DNA of 64,000 bases, taken from NCBI GenBank assembly GCA_965116875.1, contig OZ220733.1, positions 2,048,001-2,112,000 of the forward strand. The letters are read 5' to 3'. Within the stretch, counting starts at the first letter, position 1. The number at the start of each line of letters is the position of its first letter. The DNA comes from Candidatus Latescibacterota bacterium (GTDB lineage Bacteria > Latescibacterota > UBA2968 > GCA-2709665). Of the stretch, positions 38,241 to 48,175 are shown piece by piece. Under the pieces are notes generated by a model that searched no databases, was not told the origin of the DNA, and saw only the letters and a program-made list of their open reading frames with translations. Both the position numbers and the translations under genes were made by a program.

Positions 38241-40334
38241 TCACTCCCACTCCGCCACCAGGGGAATCACGCCGTCCGCATGGGTGATCCGCAGAGGACA
38301 TCGGACGGACCCGGAATCGAGCAAAGCGTCCGCCGCGCAGGATGCTTCCGTCAGTCCGTTGAAGATTCGCGAGAGCCGCTTCCCCTCTGGAATCCGGAAT
38401 CGGATCGACACGGTCGCCTCCGCTCCGAGGTACGACGCGAGAATTGCGATGGCGTATCGAGGCCCCACCTGGGGGAAGAACTGGAACGTGTTCATTCCAC
38501 GCCGGTCCCAGGGGCGAAGCCGCTGGTAGGCCGTTTCCGGCGGGAAATCCTCCACCTCGACCCACGCCGGCCGGCGAGCCAGGAACCTGACCACATTCCC
38601 GATCAGCCGGCGCGTGTGGTTTGGCAGCTTCACCAGAGGTTCATACCCCGGCTCGCGATGATGGAGCACGGGATCGCCCGCCAGGTAGACGAACCTGCCT
38701 TCGCCCACAAGGCTCGAGACCAGTCCCGGCGCGCCCGTGTCGCGTCCGTCCGCGTCCACGAGCGTCGCCCAGACTTCCCCTTCCACACGGCCGATTCTGT
38801 ATGGATTCTCCACGACCACCGGCGCCGTGATGTTTTCCCGCACCGGACAGGCGCTCGTAAACGCGAGACTGTACTGCCCCGCCAGCCTGTCGCCGCTGCA
38901 CAACGCACCCCATTGTGAAGGCAAACCCTCATCGACGGGGACTCCCTCCTCGTCGTACAGTCCCAGGTCCGCGATCGCCAGAACCCGTCCGCCGCCTTCC
39001 AGATAGGCCGTGAGCCTTTCCCGCTGTTGCAGGGAGAGACAGCAAACGTGGGGCAACACCAGCGGGTCGTTCCGGCTCAGATCCGTTTCCTCCAGGCGGC
39101 TGTCCCACACGAACGCATAGGGCAAACCCTCGTCCCGCAGTATCCGCGCAACGGGATGGATCGCCAGAGCGTCGTAGTCCACGTCGTGATACCGCCACAC
39201 CTCGCTCTGTATGGAATGCAACAGGCTGCAGGAGAATTCCGGTTCCGTCTCCTTCAGATAGCGATCCAGGCGGAGCGTCTCCATATACCCTTCGTACTGC
39301 GCCGGCGACGTCCGCAAGGTCTCGTAACACCACGGACTCACGTACTCGGCGCCCACCGCAAACGGCAGGATACCGATCCACTGGCCGTCCTTGCGCGTCA
39401 TCTCCAGCGAAGTGCCGGGACAGAACGCCTGCACCGCCAGTCGCAGCGGCTTTCCCTGAAGCGCGCCGACGAAGATCGAGGCCATGTCGAGTACAATGGG
39501 GAAACGCGGCGTGAAATGATGGGTGCCCCGCGTGACGCCATGGTAAATCCCGGTGTTCATCGTATCCAGGGCGCGGCTCATCGCCCCCAGATCCACTGCG
39601 GAAGCCCACGGCCGGATCCCCATCAATTCGGTACACGCCGTGGCCATGCCCACCCCCAACCCGGGGCGTACTTCCCGTACCGTATCCCGAAACTCCGCGT
39701 GTACCGCCGTCCACTGTTCGAATCGCCACTTGATCCAGTTTCGCCACAACGCGTCTTTCCAATCGATCCCGGTTGGCGGTTCCTCTCCGTAACGGTCCGC
39801 AAAACGCGCGCGGCAGAAGTCGCAATAGCAGGCCATATCGCCGTACGCGCCCAGAAATCCTTCGTCGTTCAGGTACACGAACCTCAGCGCCGGAATCCGG
39901 GTCAACTTGCGCAACTCCGCCTTATATTGACTCTTGTTCGCTTCGTTGAAGGGACAGAGCCAGTTCACGCTTCTGATGCGGCCTTCCACGGAGGTCAGGT
40001 CGCGGGACGCCTGTCCTGAGGCCGTCTCCCGGCTGCGTTTTCCTGTTCCGTCGCCCCGCAGAACCATCCGACGATCGGGATGATCCAGCACGACCCGCTC
40101 GTGATATTTCATATACCCCGTATTCACGAGCACGCCCATCCCTTCCCGTTCGGCCAGTCTTCCGACTTCCATTGCGGTGGACAGACGAAGCCCGCCGATA
40201 TCCACGCCGGATTCAACCTTGTTCACGAAAAAATACAGGTCCGTGAAGCCCAGATTTCTGGCTTCAGGCACGACATCTTCCGGAACCCAATCCGTGGGGA
40301 TGTGCAGGTGGGCGAGGCGTCGTATTTCACGCAT
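38241..40334 (-). CDS. GH42-like TIM barrel + beta-galactosidase trimerisation domain protein
   Basis: LNDE, CYCDFC..RF..RYG, LVLPHV.CLS...L..YLEGGG, GEGRFVYL. Confidence 0.7.
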   Translation of the reverse strand: MREIRRLAHLHIPTDWVPEDVVPEARNLGFTDLYFFVNKVESGVDIGGLRLSTAMEVGRLAEREGMGVLVNTGYMKYHERVVLDHPDRRMVLRGDGTGKRSRETASGQASRDLTSVEGRIRSVNWLCPFNEANKSQYKAELRKLTRIPALRFVYLNDEGFLGAYGDMACYCDFCRARFADRYGEEPPTGIDWKDALWRNWIKWRFEQWTAVHAEFRDTVREVRPGLGVGMATACTELMGIRPWASAVDLGAMSRALDTMNTGIYHGVTRGTHHFTPRFPIVLDMASIFVGALQGKPLRLAVQAFCPGTSLEMTRKDGQWIGILPFAVGAEYVSPWCYETLRTSPAQYEGYMETLRLDRYLKETEPEFSCSLLHSIQSEVWRYHDVDYDALAIHPVARILRDEGLPYAFVWDSRLEETDLSRNDPLVLPHVCCLSLQQRERLTAYLEGGGRVLAIADLGLYDEEGVPVDEGLPSQWGALCSGDRLAGQYSLAFTSACPVRENITAPVVVENPYRIGRVEGEVWATLVDADGRDTGAPGLVSSLVGEGRFVYLAGDPVLHHREPGYEPLVKLPNHTRRLIGNVVRFLARRPAWVEVEDFPPETAYQRLRPWDRRGMNTFQFFPQVGPRYAIAILASYLGAEATVSIRFRIPEGKRLSRIFNGLTEASCAADALLDSGSVRCPLRITHADGVIPLVAEWE

Positions 40335-40428
40335 ACCTGAATCTCCAGTCAGGGTCGTACGCGGGAAGGCACGGGCCGAAACACGCGTATCGGGTCAGGG
40401 AAAGACACCTGTACGAGCGAGGCGCTGT

Positions 40429-41532
40429 TCAACGAGGGTAGGCGACTTCGGTGTACCTGTCTTTGCGGAGCGGAAACGGATGTACCCGCATTCTCCGGTC
40501 GGCGGAGGTCATAAAGATTGCATGGGACGTAATCCAGTTCGCAATGTTGGCCTCCGGCATCTGCAGGATACGACCGGGGGCGTGCAGGTCGAATGCAAAA
40601 TCGACCAGCTCGTCGAGTGTGGACATCCGCGCAAACGCATCCCTGTGGTATTGCACGTACTGCACGCGGTTCTGCGAATTGTAATAGTAGGGGCTCGTCC
40701 AGAACTCCGGTTGGAACTTCCGCGCCGGATCCTGAAGATCCGGATGCTGCCAATGGTTCACCTCCAGGACCATGCCGTCTTCGGGTTCGCGAAATGCGAT
40801 ATTTCCCGACTCCAGTTCGAAACCGAGGACGTTGCCCCGGGCGTCCACAGCCGTGCCGGTCAGCCCCTTCAGGCCGGAAATCCGGTATTGTGAAAGAAAC
40901 CGCCTGACGTCCTCGCAGTCACTGCAATGCTGGGGAACCAGCCCTGTGATCTGAAACAGATTGACGTGTTCCGGATTGTCCGGCCAATGGAATTTCGGCG
41001 CCCCCGACGCCCAGCCCGTCAACAGACCGGCGTCGTTGACCGACGTATGGACCACGCAGAAGTGATGCCCGCCCATGCCCACGTATCCGTGCGGGCGGCA
41101 ATCCGGAAACGCGGCCACGAAGCGATCCCTGAGGAAGTACTCCGTTCCCGCGGCATCGGAAGGGTCGTACGTCCGCAACAGGGCCGGTCCGTCCTCCCGA
41201 AGCAGAATTCCGAACGCGGAACAAGCTTCTTCGTCGCGGCCGGTATTGACTATGTGCAGATAGTACGTGTGATCGAAATTATCGATACCCGCCGCCGCGC
41301 CGTAAGCCTCCATCCGTTCCATGAAATCCGGAAACTCACGCCGCATAAACGCCATGTTCTTGCGAAAGTAGGGGTGGTCGAAATCGTGAGGCCACGTCAA
41401 CCATTCCTTCAGCCGCGAGCGGAGAAAACCCGGGTCCAGGGAACCGTGAGCCCTGCCCATCTCGGCGGGGCTTCCCCGGAACACGTGGAATTTCACCGGT
41501 CCTTCGCGAAGCAAACCTACAGGATCGGGCAT
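40429..41532 (-). CDS. C45 family autoproteolytic acyltransferase/hydrolase 1
   Basis: GS..EMGRAHG, EEA-CSAFG (Ntn Cys), VNDAGL, VNHW. Confidence 0.82.
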   Translation of the reverse strand: MPDPVGLLREGPVKFHVFRGSPAEMGRAHGSLDPGFLRSRLKEWLTWPHDFDHPYFRKNMAFMRREFPDFMERMEAYGAAAGIDNFDHTYYLHIVNTGRDEEACSAFGILLREDGPALLRTYDPSDAAGTEYFLRDRFVAAFPDCRPHGYVGMGGHHFCVVHTSVNDAGLLTGWASGAPKFHWPDNPEHVNLFQITGLVPQHCSDCEDVRRFLSQYRISGLKGLTGTAVDARGNVLGFELESGNIAFREPEDGMVLEVNHWQHPDLQDPARKFQPEFWTSPYYYNSQNRVQYVQYHRDAFARMSTLDELVDFAFDLHAPGRILQMPEANIANWITSHAIFMTSADRRMRVHPFPLRKDRYTEVAYPR

Positions 41533-41610
41533 TGAACTCTCCTCAGATTCCGCCGATGGTCTCAGCAAACAGACCCTGTGGAATGCGACGAGCCGGAAAA
41601 TAGCGCCCTC

Positions 41611-41687
41611 GAAAAAGAGAACCCGCCTGAAAACCCTGCAAGCCTCGCAATAGATGCTCGTCAGGTGTGTTCAGACGGGTTCTCAGG
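41611..41687 (-). terminator. Long conserved hairpin / terminator after Cache protein A
   Basis: GAGAACCCGCCTGAA (41617-41631) pairs with TTCAGACGGGTTCTC (41670-41684); G-U wobble and U-run on the minus strand. Confidence 0.7.
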
Positions 41688-41715
41688 ATCTGACTTCCCG
41701 GCTGACCGTATGGCG

Positions 41716-43542
41716 CTACTTGAGGTACAGCAGCCGTTGCGTCTGCGCACCGCCAGGATAGCTCAGGTGGGCAATATACACCCCCGTCGACAGCAGCGTG
41801 CCGCCCTCGTCACGCGCATCCCACCTGACCTGGTACGAACCTGCCGTTCGTGTCTCATCCACCAGTGTCCGTACGGGTTGCCCCAGCAAGTTGTAGATCA
41901 CGAGCTTCACCGGACCCGGGCCGGACAGGTGGTACGTGATCACGGTCGCGCTGTTGAACGGGTTGGGTGAATTGGGCGCCAGACCGCTGGCTTCCGGCAC
42001 TGCCTCTGCTGAGAACGCCGGCTTGGCAGCGGCTTCAGGACTGGATGCGGCCAGGGCCTCGGCACGTATAACCCGCGCTGTGCCGCCCAGCGTCAGTTCC
42101 AGAACCTGGCGTTTATTGAGATTGAGCGGAATGCTGTTCCACTCCCCCACGATCTCGCCTTCGGTGTTCCGTGCCCGCGCCCTGTAGTATCCGGACCCCA
42201 CATCCGCACCGGAAATAGTCAGGTAGAAGGAGCCGTTCGCATCGGTGACGCCGCTCCAGGCGTAGTCGGACGGCCGCCCGGCGATGGCGCGGGAGAATTC
42301 CACGTCCAGCCCTGCAACCGCATCACCCAGCACCGTGGCCCGCACGTCCGTACGGCGAACCGCCGCGATATCGGATGCACGACCATAAAAGCCCGATCCG
42401 ACGATGATGTCAGCCGAGACTGTGCTTCCGTCCGGTCTCTGTAACTCGACGGCGAACTCACGTGCGTAGCCCACCTTGGGGATATCGGCGCTGTCGGTGT
42501 CGTCGGTGGGATCGTCGAAGAAATACTGTACGAAGCCGCCTTCAGGGTTGCCCTTGGCCGCCTCGATGACCTGCGGCAGAATGAACTCTCCGGTCACGGC
42601 GTCGTGGACGGTCGGCACCAGAGGCCGATACTCGAACCTGTCCGGAAACGCTGCGTGAAATAAGATGATGTTGCTTGCAAGATCCAGGACGTAGAGATAC
42701 ACGGAACCGTGTCTCCAGGGCCCGTCCGGATCCCGCAGGGCGATCCTGGCTTTCGAGGCACCGGCTGCACCGCCGGTCTTCATAAGTTCAAGGAAGTATT
42801 CTCCCGCCCCCGTGACGTAGGCCTTCAGGGTCTCGCGGTCCACCACGTCCTCGGCAGTGACCTCCGGGTCGCCGTAATCGATCTCTTCATCAACCACGTG
42901 AGATTCGTCGAGGTCGAATCCCATGAGCAGTACAACCGGAGTCCCTATATTGGGCGAGACATATACGGCGGCATGGCCCGAGGCGCCTGGCATACCAGGC
43001 TGAACGAATGGTCCATCCGGTTCCTGTGACAAAACGCCCATGACGGTGGTGAGAGCCTGGCCCATAACGGCGGGATCGGGAGATGCCAGATTCGCCAGAT
43101 CGGCCAGGGATACGCCCAGTGCCCGAAGGATCGCTCCATAGATCACGGGGTTGAGCAGACGGCCCGACAGCGCCATGTCCTTCGCGTGAATATACACTCT
43201 TCCATCCAGCGTCAGGCTCACGATGTACGTGGAACCGGAACGCCAGATCCCATCATCCTTCCTTATGATACAACCGATATATATCCCCTGCTCCAGGGTC
43301 GCAGCCCCCGCGGCGTATTCTCTGGATCGCTCGCGCACTGCCAGCGCGAAGTCCTTGAGAGTAGCGCTTCCGTCTTCCACCTGTTGCGCCGTCACACTTG
43401 GGTCGTCAGGGTGCGTCGCACCTTCAGGGAGCGGACATACTGCCACGGCCGGACGCGCGAATGCAAAGACGGCGGCCAGTATGAGCAGACCTGCAACGGG
43501 GTTTACGTATGCCTGCGCGAACAGTGTTCGGAACTTTTTCAT
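41716..43542 (-). CDS. Secreted double single-Cache domain protein with T9SS/FlgD-type CTD (A)
   Basis: Signal peptide; W.HGSVYLYVLD...FHAAFP...GGFVQYFFDDP..KVGYA..IVGSGFY (sCache_2-like); NSPNPFNS...IYNLLGQ.VRTL..WDARD...GVY CTD; ATG 43542 after GGAGG. Confidence 0.82.
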   Translation of the reverse strand: MKKFRTLFAQAYVNPVAGLLILAAVFAFARPAVAVCPLPEGATHPDDPSVTAQQVEDGSATLKDFALAVRERSREYAAGAATLEQGIYIGCIIRKDDGIWRSGSTYIVSLTLDGRVYIHAKDMALSGRLLNPVIYGAILRALGVSLADLANLASPDPAVMGQALTTVMGVLSQEPDGPFVQPGMPGASGHAAVYVSPNIGTPVVLLMGFDLDESHVVDEEIDYGDPEVTAEDVVDRETLKAYVTGAGEYFLELMKTGGAAGASKARIALRDPDGPWRHGSVYLYVLDLASNIILFHAAFPDRFEYRPLVPTVHDAVTGEFILPQVIEAAKGNPEGGFVQYFFDDPTDDTDSADIPKVGYAREFAVELQRPDGSTVSADIIVGSGFYGRASDIAAVRRTDVRATVLGDAVAGLDVEFSRAIAGRPSDYAWSGVTDANGSFYLTISGADVGSGYYRARARNTEGEIVGEWNSIPLNLNKRQVLELTLGGTARVIRAEALAASSPEAAAKPAFSAEAVPEASGLAPNSPNPFNSATVITYHLSGPGPVKLVIYNLLGQPVRTLVDETRTAGSYQVRWDARDEGGTLLSTGVYIAHLSYPGGAQTQRLLYLK

Positions 43543-43647
43543 GACAGTCCTCCCTCCCGTGAAGACAAGGCCGCAAGAGCGACCACGACTGGTTTTCTTC
43601 TTTACGATACATCGGTCCAACACACGGGACCACATCTACAATTGGGG

Positions 43648-43676
43648 ATATTAATTAAAGCTCACCAGTTATGCAA
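43648..43676 (-). promoter_or_regulatory. Sigma70-like promoter of Cache protein A
   Basis: TTGCAT-17-TAATAT on the minus strand. Confidence 0.6.
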
Positions 43677-43677
43677 A

Positions 43678-43750
43678 TAAAAAAACCCGTCTGAAATCAC
43701 AGCAAGCCTCGTTCTTCGGGCTCAGGGGCGATTCCGGACGGGTTCTCAGG
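43678..43750 (-). terminator. Conserved hairpin / terminator after Cache protein B
   Basis: AACCCGTCCGGAATC...GATTTCAGACGGGTT followed by a T-run on the minus strand. Confidence 0.7.
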
Positions 43751-43778
43751 TTGGAGGCATCTAATCGACCGTTCGACG

Positions 43779-45590
43779 CTATTTGAGGTACAGCAGCCTT
43801 TGCGTCTGCACACCGCCAGGATAACTCAGTTGTGCGATATAGACTCCCGTCGACAGCAACACACCATCGTCGTCGCGCGCGTCCCACCTGACCTGATAGC
43901 TGCCCGCCGCACGGGTCTCATCCACCAGCGTCCGTACGGGCTGGCCCAGCACATTGTAGATCACCAGCTTCACAGGTCCCGCGCCGGCCAGATGGTACGT
44001 GATCAGCGTGGCGCTGTTGAACGGGTTCGGCGAATTGGGCGAAAGACCACTGGCTTCCGGCACGGCCTCCGCCGCAAACGCCGGCTTGGCGGCAGCCTCC
44101 GCCTCCGCCGAGGCCAGCGATTCGACCCGTACGACTCTGGCGCTTCCGCCCAGCGTCAGTTCCAGAAACTGGCGCTTATTGAGATTGAGCGGAATGCTGC
44201 TCCATTGCCCCACGATCTCGCCCTCGGTGTTGCGAGCGCGGGCTCTATAGTAGCCAGCCGCTGCATCCGCGCCGGAGATGGACAGGAAAAAAGAGCCGTC
44301 CGCGTCCGTGACGCCGCTCCAGGCGTAGTCGGGCCTCCGGCCTGCGATTGCGCGGGAGAATTCGACGTCCAGCCCGGCAACGGCGCCCCCCAATACCGAG
44401 GCCTGCACGTCCGTACGGCGACCCTTAGCGACATCGGATGCGCTTCCGTAAAAGCCCGACCCGATGATGACGTTGAATCGGACCACCAACTCGCCTCTTT
44501 CCCATCCACCCTTGAACTCACGGGCATAACCCACCTTGGGGATATCGGCGCTGTCGGTGTCGTCGGTGGGATCGTCGAAGAAGTACTGCACGAAGCCGCC
44601 TTCAGGGCTGCTCTTCGCTGCTTCGATAACCTGCGGCAGCACGAGTTCGCCGGTCACGACGTCGCGGACCGTCGCGATCAGAGGTCGCAACTCGTACCGG
44701 TCCGGATTCGCGCCATGAAACAGGATGATGTTACTGGCAAGATCCAGGACGTAGAGATACACGGAGCCGTGTCTCCAGGGACCGTTCGGATCCCGCATGG
44801 CAACCTTGGCCTGTGAGATGGCAGCGCGACCGCCGGTCTTCCCGAGACTGCCAAAGAAACGTCCTGCCTCCGCAACAAAGGCCTTCAAACTCTCCCGGTC
44901 CACGACGTCCTCTGCAGTAACGGCCGGGTCGCCGTAATCGATGTCTTCCTCAACCACGTGAGACGCGTCGAGATCGAATCCGGCAAGCAGTATGAGCGGG
45001 TCCGACCGCCGAGAACTGACGTAGGCGCTGGCATAGCCGGAGGCGCCCGGTATACCTGGCGAAACACCAGGAACAGGTGCGGTCGCATCAAATGCACCGT
45101 GCGGTTCCTGCAACAGCGTGGCCATTACGGAAGCCGGGTCGGTCAATTCTCCCGGGGCGACTCCCAGCGAAACAAGGATTCGTGCAAGAATCGCGCGATT
45201 AAGGAGTCTGCCCGACAACGCCATGTCTTTGGAATGAACGAACACCCTGCCGTCCAGTGTCATCTGCACAAGGTAGGTGGAACCGGAACGCCAGGGCCCT
45301 CCCTCCTGCCTGACCAGGCATCCAAAGTGGTACGCTTGCTCCCCTCCCGCCACGGAAATGTCTTTGAACTGATCTCTTGCAACCTGTGCGAACTCATCCA
45401 GGCGGGCACTGCCGTCTTCCACCTGTTGCGCCGTCACACTCGGGTCCGCAGGAGGCGTCACGCCGGGAGGGAGTACGCAATCTCCCTGCGCCATGGCGGG
45501 GGGCGCATCGAAAAAGACGCCGGCCAGGACGAGCAGGCTGACAGCTGGAATAAAGGATGCCGATGTTAACGATGTTCGAGCTTTCTTCAT
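43779..45590 (-). CDS. Secreted double-Cache + CTD protein (B)
   Basis: Paralogue of A; start MKKARTS at 45590. Confidence 0.82.
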   Translation of the reverse strand: MKKARTSLTSASFIPAVSLLVLAGVFFDAPPAMAQGDCVLPPGVTPPADPSVTAQQVEDGSARLDEFAQVARDQFKDISVAGGEQAYHFGCLVRQEGGPWRSGSTYLVQMTLDGRVFVHSKDMALSGRLLNRAILARILVSLGVAPGELTDPASVMATLLQEPHGAFDATAPVPGVSPGIPGASGYASAYVSSRRSDPLILLAGFDLDASHVVEEDIDYGDPAVTAEDVVDRESLKAFVAEAGRFFGSLGKTGGRAAISQAKVAMRDPNGPWRHGSVYLYVLDLASNIILFHGANPDRYELRPLIATVRDVVTGELVLPQVIEAAKSSPEGGFVQYFFDDPTDDTDSADIPKVGYAREFKGGWERGELVVRFNVIIGSGFYGSASDVAKGRRTDVQASVLGGAVAGLDVEFSRAIAGRRPDYAWSGVTDADGSFFLSISGADAAAGYYRARARNTEGEIVGQWSSIPLNLNKRQFLELTLGGSARVVRVESLASAEAEAAAKPAFAAEAVPEASGLSPNSPNPFNSATLITYHLAGAGPVKLVIYNVLGQPVRTLVDETRAAGSYQVRWDARDDDGVLLSTGVYIAQLSYPGGVQTQRLLYLK

Positions 45591-45696
45591 CGCGGATCTC
45601 CCTCTCGTAAAAGGATGCTCACAAACGTGACCACAGCTGGTTGTCCACTCTCTGAGAATTGACGTTGTTACCCCTGACCGAATCCCGCAAACGCGC

Positions 45697-45725
45697 ATGG
45701 TAAGTGAATTCTTTCGGCCATGCAA
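45697..45725 (-). promoter_or_regulatory. Sigma70-like promoter of Cache protein B
   Basis: TTGCAT-17-TACCAT. Confidence 0.6.
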
Positions 45726-45850
45726 ATGAAAAATAGCGACTAAGATACGTCTACACATCGGTCTGCGAGGGGGACAGAGTGACAGCCTGAAAGTCTCTGG
45801 TCCGGTCCCGGTATGTATTCGCCTTTTTCAGTAAGTATGCCCCTTGAAGC

Positions 45851-45921
45851 AAGAACCCGTCGGAGGACTCAGCAAGCCATGCGATCAGGGTTCATCAGGT
45901 CTTTCCGGACGGGTTCTCAGG
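45851..45921 (-). terminator. Conserved hairpin after Cache protein C
   Basis: AGAACCCGTC...GACGGGTTCT stem; U-tail weak. Confidence 0.6.
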
Positions 45922-45951
45922 AGAATACGACCTTCAATCAACGGATTCGCG

Positions 45952-47802
45952 CTATTTGAGGTAGAGCAGCCGTTGCGTCTGAACACCGCCGGGATAGCTC
46001 AAACTTGCAATATACACTCCCGTAGACAACATCGCGCCCCCGTCGTCTCGCGCATCCCACCTGACCTGATAGCTTCCCGCCGCGCGAGACTCATCCACGA
46101 GCGTCCGTACGGGCTGACCCAGCACGTTGTAGATCACCAGCTTCACAGGACCGGCGCCGGCCAGATGGTACGTGATCAGCGTGGCGCTGTTGAACGGGTT
46201 CGGCGAATTGGGCGAAAGACCGCTGGCTTCCGGCACAGTCCCGGTTTCGAAAACCGGCTTGGCGGCAGCCACCGCCTCCGCCGCAGCCAGCGATGCCACC
46301 CGAACGACTCTGGCGCCACCGCCCAGCGTCAGTTCCAGGGCCTGGCGGCGGCCTTCGTTCAGAGGGATGCTGCTCCACCGGCCCACGACCTCGCCTTCGG
46401 CATTGGTGGCCCGGGCCCGGTAGTAACCGCTCACCCCATCCGGGCCGGAGATGGTCAGCGACAACAGGCCGGCGGCATCGGTGACGGCGCTCCACGCGTA
46501 GTCGGACTGCCGGCCGGCGATGGCACGGGAAAACGCCACGTCCAAACCCTCGACGGAGTCGCCCAGCACCGTGGCCTCCACGATCGTGCTGGGATCCGTC
46601 GTGACCACGTCAGCGGGTGCGCGCCCATAGAACCCCGAGCCGACAATGAAGTTGTACGGGACGACCCTTCCACCTAACTCGGTTTGCGTTTTGAACTCGC
46701 GTGCGTATCCCACCTTGGGGATATCGGCGCTGTCGGTGTCGTCATTGGGATCGTCGAAATAATACTCCACGAAGCCGCCTTCCGGGTCACTCTTCGCCGC
46801 TTCGATGACCTGCGGCAGGATGAGTTCTCCGGTAACCGCGTCCCGGACGGTCGCGATCAGAGGTCGAAGCTCGTATCTGTTCGGAAACGCAGCGTGTATT
46901 TGGATTACGTTGCTGGTCGTATCCAGGACATAGATGTACACGGAACCGTGTCTCCAGGGCCCGTTCGGATCCCGCAGTGCGATCCTGGCGATCCCACCGG
47001 GGAAATTGCCGGTTTTCCGAAGTTCGATACAGTACTCCCCTGCTGCCGTGACGAAGGCTTTCAGGGTTTCTCGATCTACCACGTCCCTGGCGGTAACGGC
47101 CGGGGTAATGTGATCGATCTCTTCTTCAATTACGTGAGTTTCATCGAGCTCGAAACCGGCGATCATCACAAGCGGACCTCTAAAAAAGTCCGAAAAATAT
47201 GCAGCGGCATAGCCGGAGGCGCCCGGTATGCCGGGTCGCAGGCCTGATATAGGGGCGGTCGCGTCGAATGCGGCATCCGGTCCTTGCGTCAATACATGAA
47301 CCACGTCTGCATTCGCCTGGGCGGCAATCGCAGAATCGGTAGACTCCAGGTTGGCCAGAACGGTTGAGGGTACTCCCAGGGCAGAAAGGATCTCTGAATA
47401 AATAATCGGGTTGAGTCGCCTGCTCGACAATGCCATGTTCTTCGCGTGAATCAAAACACTGCCATCGGCCCTCATAACCACGATGTAGGTGGAACCGGAA
47501 TGCCAATAACTCCCTTCTTCCCGGAAGAGACATCCGTAGTAGACCACTTGTCCCAGATTCTCAGCCGTCTGGAGCTGCATAACGAATTGCTCCCTCGCGG
47601 CAAGCGTGAAGTCCTTCAGGCTGCCGCTGCCGTCTTCCACCTGCTGCGCCGTCACACTCGGCGCCACAGGGGATGTCACGCCGGGAGGGGGCGGACATTC
47701 TGCCAGGGCGGGCGGCGCGCTGGCGCAGACGCCGGCCAGCACGAGCAGACCGAATACAGGAATCAAGGATGCCGGAGTAAATAGGATTCGAACCTTCACC
47801 AT
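45952..47802 (-). CDS. Secreted double-Cache + CTD protein (C)
   Basis: Paralogue of A and B; start MVKVRI after AAGGAG. Confidence 0.82.
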   Translation of the reverse strand: MVKVRILFTPASLIPVFGLLVLAGVCASAPPALAECPPPPGVTSPVAPSVTAQQVEDGSGSLKDFTLAAREQFVMQLQTAENLGQVVYYGCLFREEGSYWHSGSTYIVVMRADGSVLIHAKNMALSSRRLNPIIYSEILSALGVPSTVLANLESTDSAIAAQANADVVHVLTQGPDAAFDATAPISGLRPGIPGASGYAAAYFSDFFRGPLVMIAGFELDETHVIEEEIDHITPAVTARDVVDRETLKAFVTAAGEYCIELRKTGNFPGGIARIALRDPNGPWRHGSVYIYVLDTTSNVIQIHAAFPNRYELRPLIATVRDAVTGELILPQVIEAAKSDPEGGFVEYYFDDPNDDTDSADIPKVGYAREFKTQTELGGRVVPYNFIVGSGFYGRAPADVVTTDPSTIVEATVLGDSVEGLDVAFSRAIAGRQSDYAWSAVTDAAGLLSLTISGPDGVSGYYRARATNAEGEVVGRWSSIPLNEGRRQALELTLGGGARVVRVASLAAAEAVAAAKPVFETGTVPEASGLSPNSPNPFNSATLITYHLAGAGPVKLVIYNVLGQPVRTLVDESRAAGSYQVRWDARDDGGAMLSTGVYIASLSYPGGVQTQRLLYLK

Positions 47803-47907
47803 CACGGTTCTCCTTTCCGAAAAGACAAGGCACCTTTGGAGACTACGGCTGGCAGACTTCGCACTGAAAAACGGACCTTTCGCTTCGGGCTGAATCCGCA
47901 AACGCGA

Positions 47908-47936
47908 ATGTTAGGTGAATTCTATCCGCCATGCAA
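47908..47936 (-). promoter_or_regulatory. Sigma70-like promoter of Cache protein C
   Basis: TTGCAT-17-TAACAT. Confidence 0.6.
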
Positions 47937-48094
47937 ACAAAAAAACCGTCTACGTATACTTTCGCGTTAGTGTAGCAAATTGTGACAGCACGGTCACGGC
48001 ACGCTGCCGCGGATACCGGGCGCCGGCGGGGCGTCGCGCGGGCCGTCAGTTTGAGACCATGTGCTGGCACCGCCATAGCATGATTCAGAATCGT

Positions 48095-48127
48095 AAAAAA
48101 AACACCCCGGCAAGAAACCGGGGTGTT
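48095..48127 (-). terminator. Rho-independent terminator after the PorV-like gene
   Basis: AACACCCCGG-7 nt-CCGGGGTGTT stem with a T-run on the minus strand. Confidence 0.85.
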
Positions 48128-48175
48128 GATCCTGCTCGTAATTACCTTGCACGGCAATGGCCAATCAAACTCGCA

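Noticed and set aside
45866-45902. Hammerhead ribozyme or box C/D K-turn (CUGAUGA...CUGA on the minus strand)
   Set aside because: No correctly placed GAAA/cleavage triplet, and the motif is not kept in all three copies of the hairpin.
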